Assembly (NCBI GenBank): GCA_964434285.1
Contig: CAYSUJ010000003.1
Coordinates: forward strand, 20,992 to 84,991
Length of the DNA: 64,000 nucleotides
Origin: an uncultured Candidatus Saccharibacteria bacterium
Lineage (GTDB): Bacteria > Patescibacteriota > Minisyncoccia > Phycocordibacterales > UBA2100
Direction: 5' to 3'
In this document: one piece after another, positions 63,597-64,000 of the stretch
Layout: each line of letters starts with the position of its first letter
Numbering within the stretch: the stretch's first letter is position 1
Program-made: the position numbers and the translations under genes
Notes under the pieces: model-generated
Databases searched by the model: none
The model's input: only the letters and a program-made list of their open reading frames with translations
Told to the model about the DNA's origin: nothing

Positions 63597-64000
63597 CTAC
63601 TCTTCTTTGGGAATTATGCGAAACACCCGATCATCATTCGCTGCAGGAGAACCGCGGCCGTCGCGGTTTGAGGTGGTGAAGTAGATGAGGCCGTCGGGAC
63701 CTTCCGTGACTTCACGAATGCGGCCGTACTCACCGTCGTAGAGTTTTTCCCGCCCTAAGACAACGTCTGGATTGTCTGGATCAATCTGCACGCGCCATAA
63801 GCCTTCGCCGCGCAGCGCGCCGAAGAATATGTTGCCCTTAAATTGCGGGAAGACAGTGCCCGAATACACGAGTGCCGAGCCGGGGGCCTCTGCGGGAGTG
63901 TAGAGCGCTATCGGTGCAATGGTGCCCTCTGCGGTTTTCTCATGCGAGACGAGCGGCCAGCCATAGTTCCCACTCTTCACGATGCGGTTAATTTCATCGC
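63597..64000 (-). CDS. PQQ-dependent soluble aldose sugar dehydrogenase (SGDH beta-propeller), C-terminal fragment
   Basis: YGWPLVSHEK...GTVFPQFKGNIFFGALRGEGLWRV...GRIREVTEGPDGLIYFTTSNRDGRG matches the C-terminal blades of the soluble glucose/sorbosone dehydrogenase family. The 5' part lies beyond the window end. Confidence 0.6.
   Translation of the reverse strand, partial: DEINRIVKSGNYGWPLVSHEKTAEGTIAPIALYTPAEAPGSALVYSGTVFPQFKGNIFFGALRGEGLWRVQIDPDNPDVVLGREKLYDGEYGRIREVTEGPDGLIYFTTSNRDGRGSPAANDDRVFRIIPKEE

Noticed and set aside
1-64000. CRISPR arrays and rRNA genes
   Set aside because: I looked for regularly spaced direct repeats of 24-40 bp with unique spacers and for 16S/23S/5S conserved blocks. 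None are present. The only tandem repeats are the 7-bp (CCATGTG)n and the codon-level Met-rich repeat.

Overview
This is roughly 64 kb of bacterial chromosome. The backbone GC is about 55-58% by eye; I did not compute it. The gene content (RNase P RNA with an inserted AT-rich helix, a free-standing four-helix-bundle protein gene, many small membrane proteins, a sparse metabolic set) is reminiscent of an uncultivated, possibly Patescibacteria/CPR-like, lineage. That assignment is inference only.

Backbone genes I can support:
- An O-antigen-ligase/TPR membrane protein and rnpB.
- The nrdA-nrdB class I ribonucleotide reductase operon.
- A copper/redox neighbourhood: DUF192, DUF1761, DUF305, a NirK-like multicopper oxidase with an N-terminal membrane domain, and DUF2202.
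- Hsp20 next to a TrmB-HTH/PAS regulator, and a PNPOx-like protein.
- HtpX, LemA, a 965-aa secreted low-complexity protein, groES-groEL, secG, a family-5 solute-binding protein, and RNase J.
- MutY-like and Nth glycosylases, a HAD hydrolase, YvcK, bacterial metK with a structured leader, and a histidine phosphatase.
- DoxX, a cytochrome b5-like protein, uppP, a TlpA-like redoxin, CcdA, a thioredoxin with a Met-rich repeat, an XRE regulator, gdhA, and a truncated PQQ-type sugar dehydrogenase at the right edge.

Between about 18.2 and 37.1 kb lies a lower-GC region that ends at the 3' end of tRNA-Ser(GGA) and looks like an integrative island. It carries a large serine recombinase, an excisionase-type HTH protein, a ParB-N/DNA-methyltransferase fusion, a zinc-ribbon protein, an Abi-like candidate and an unannotatable 1138-aa membrane protein. 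It also carries an eight-gene co-directional operon: a DHQS/G1PDH-like enzyme, a kinase-like protein, a sulfotransferase, a CDA-fold deaminase, an archaeal-type methionine adenosyltransferase, a TagD-like cytidylyltransferase fused to an APS-kinase-like domain, a histidine phosphatase and a cupin-like protein. That operon is the best candidate in the window for an undescribed nucleotide- or sugar-derivative biosynthesis or modification system.

I found no CRISPR array and no rRNA genes.
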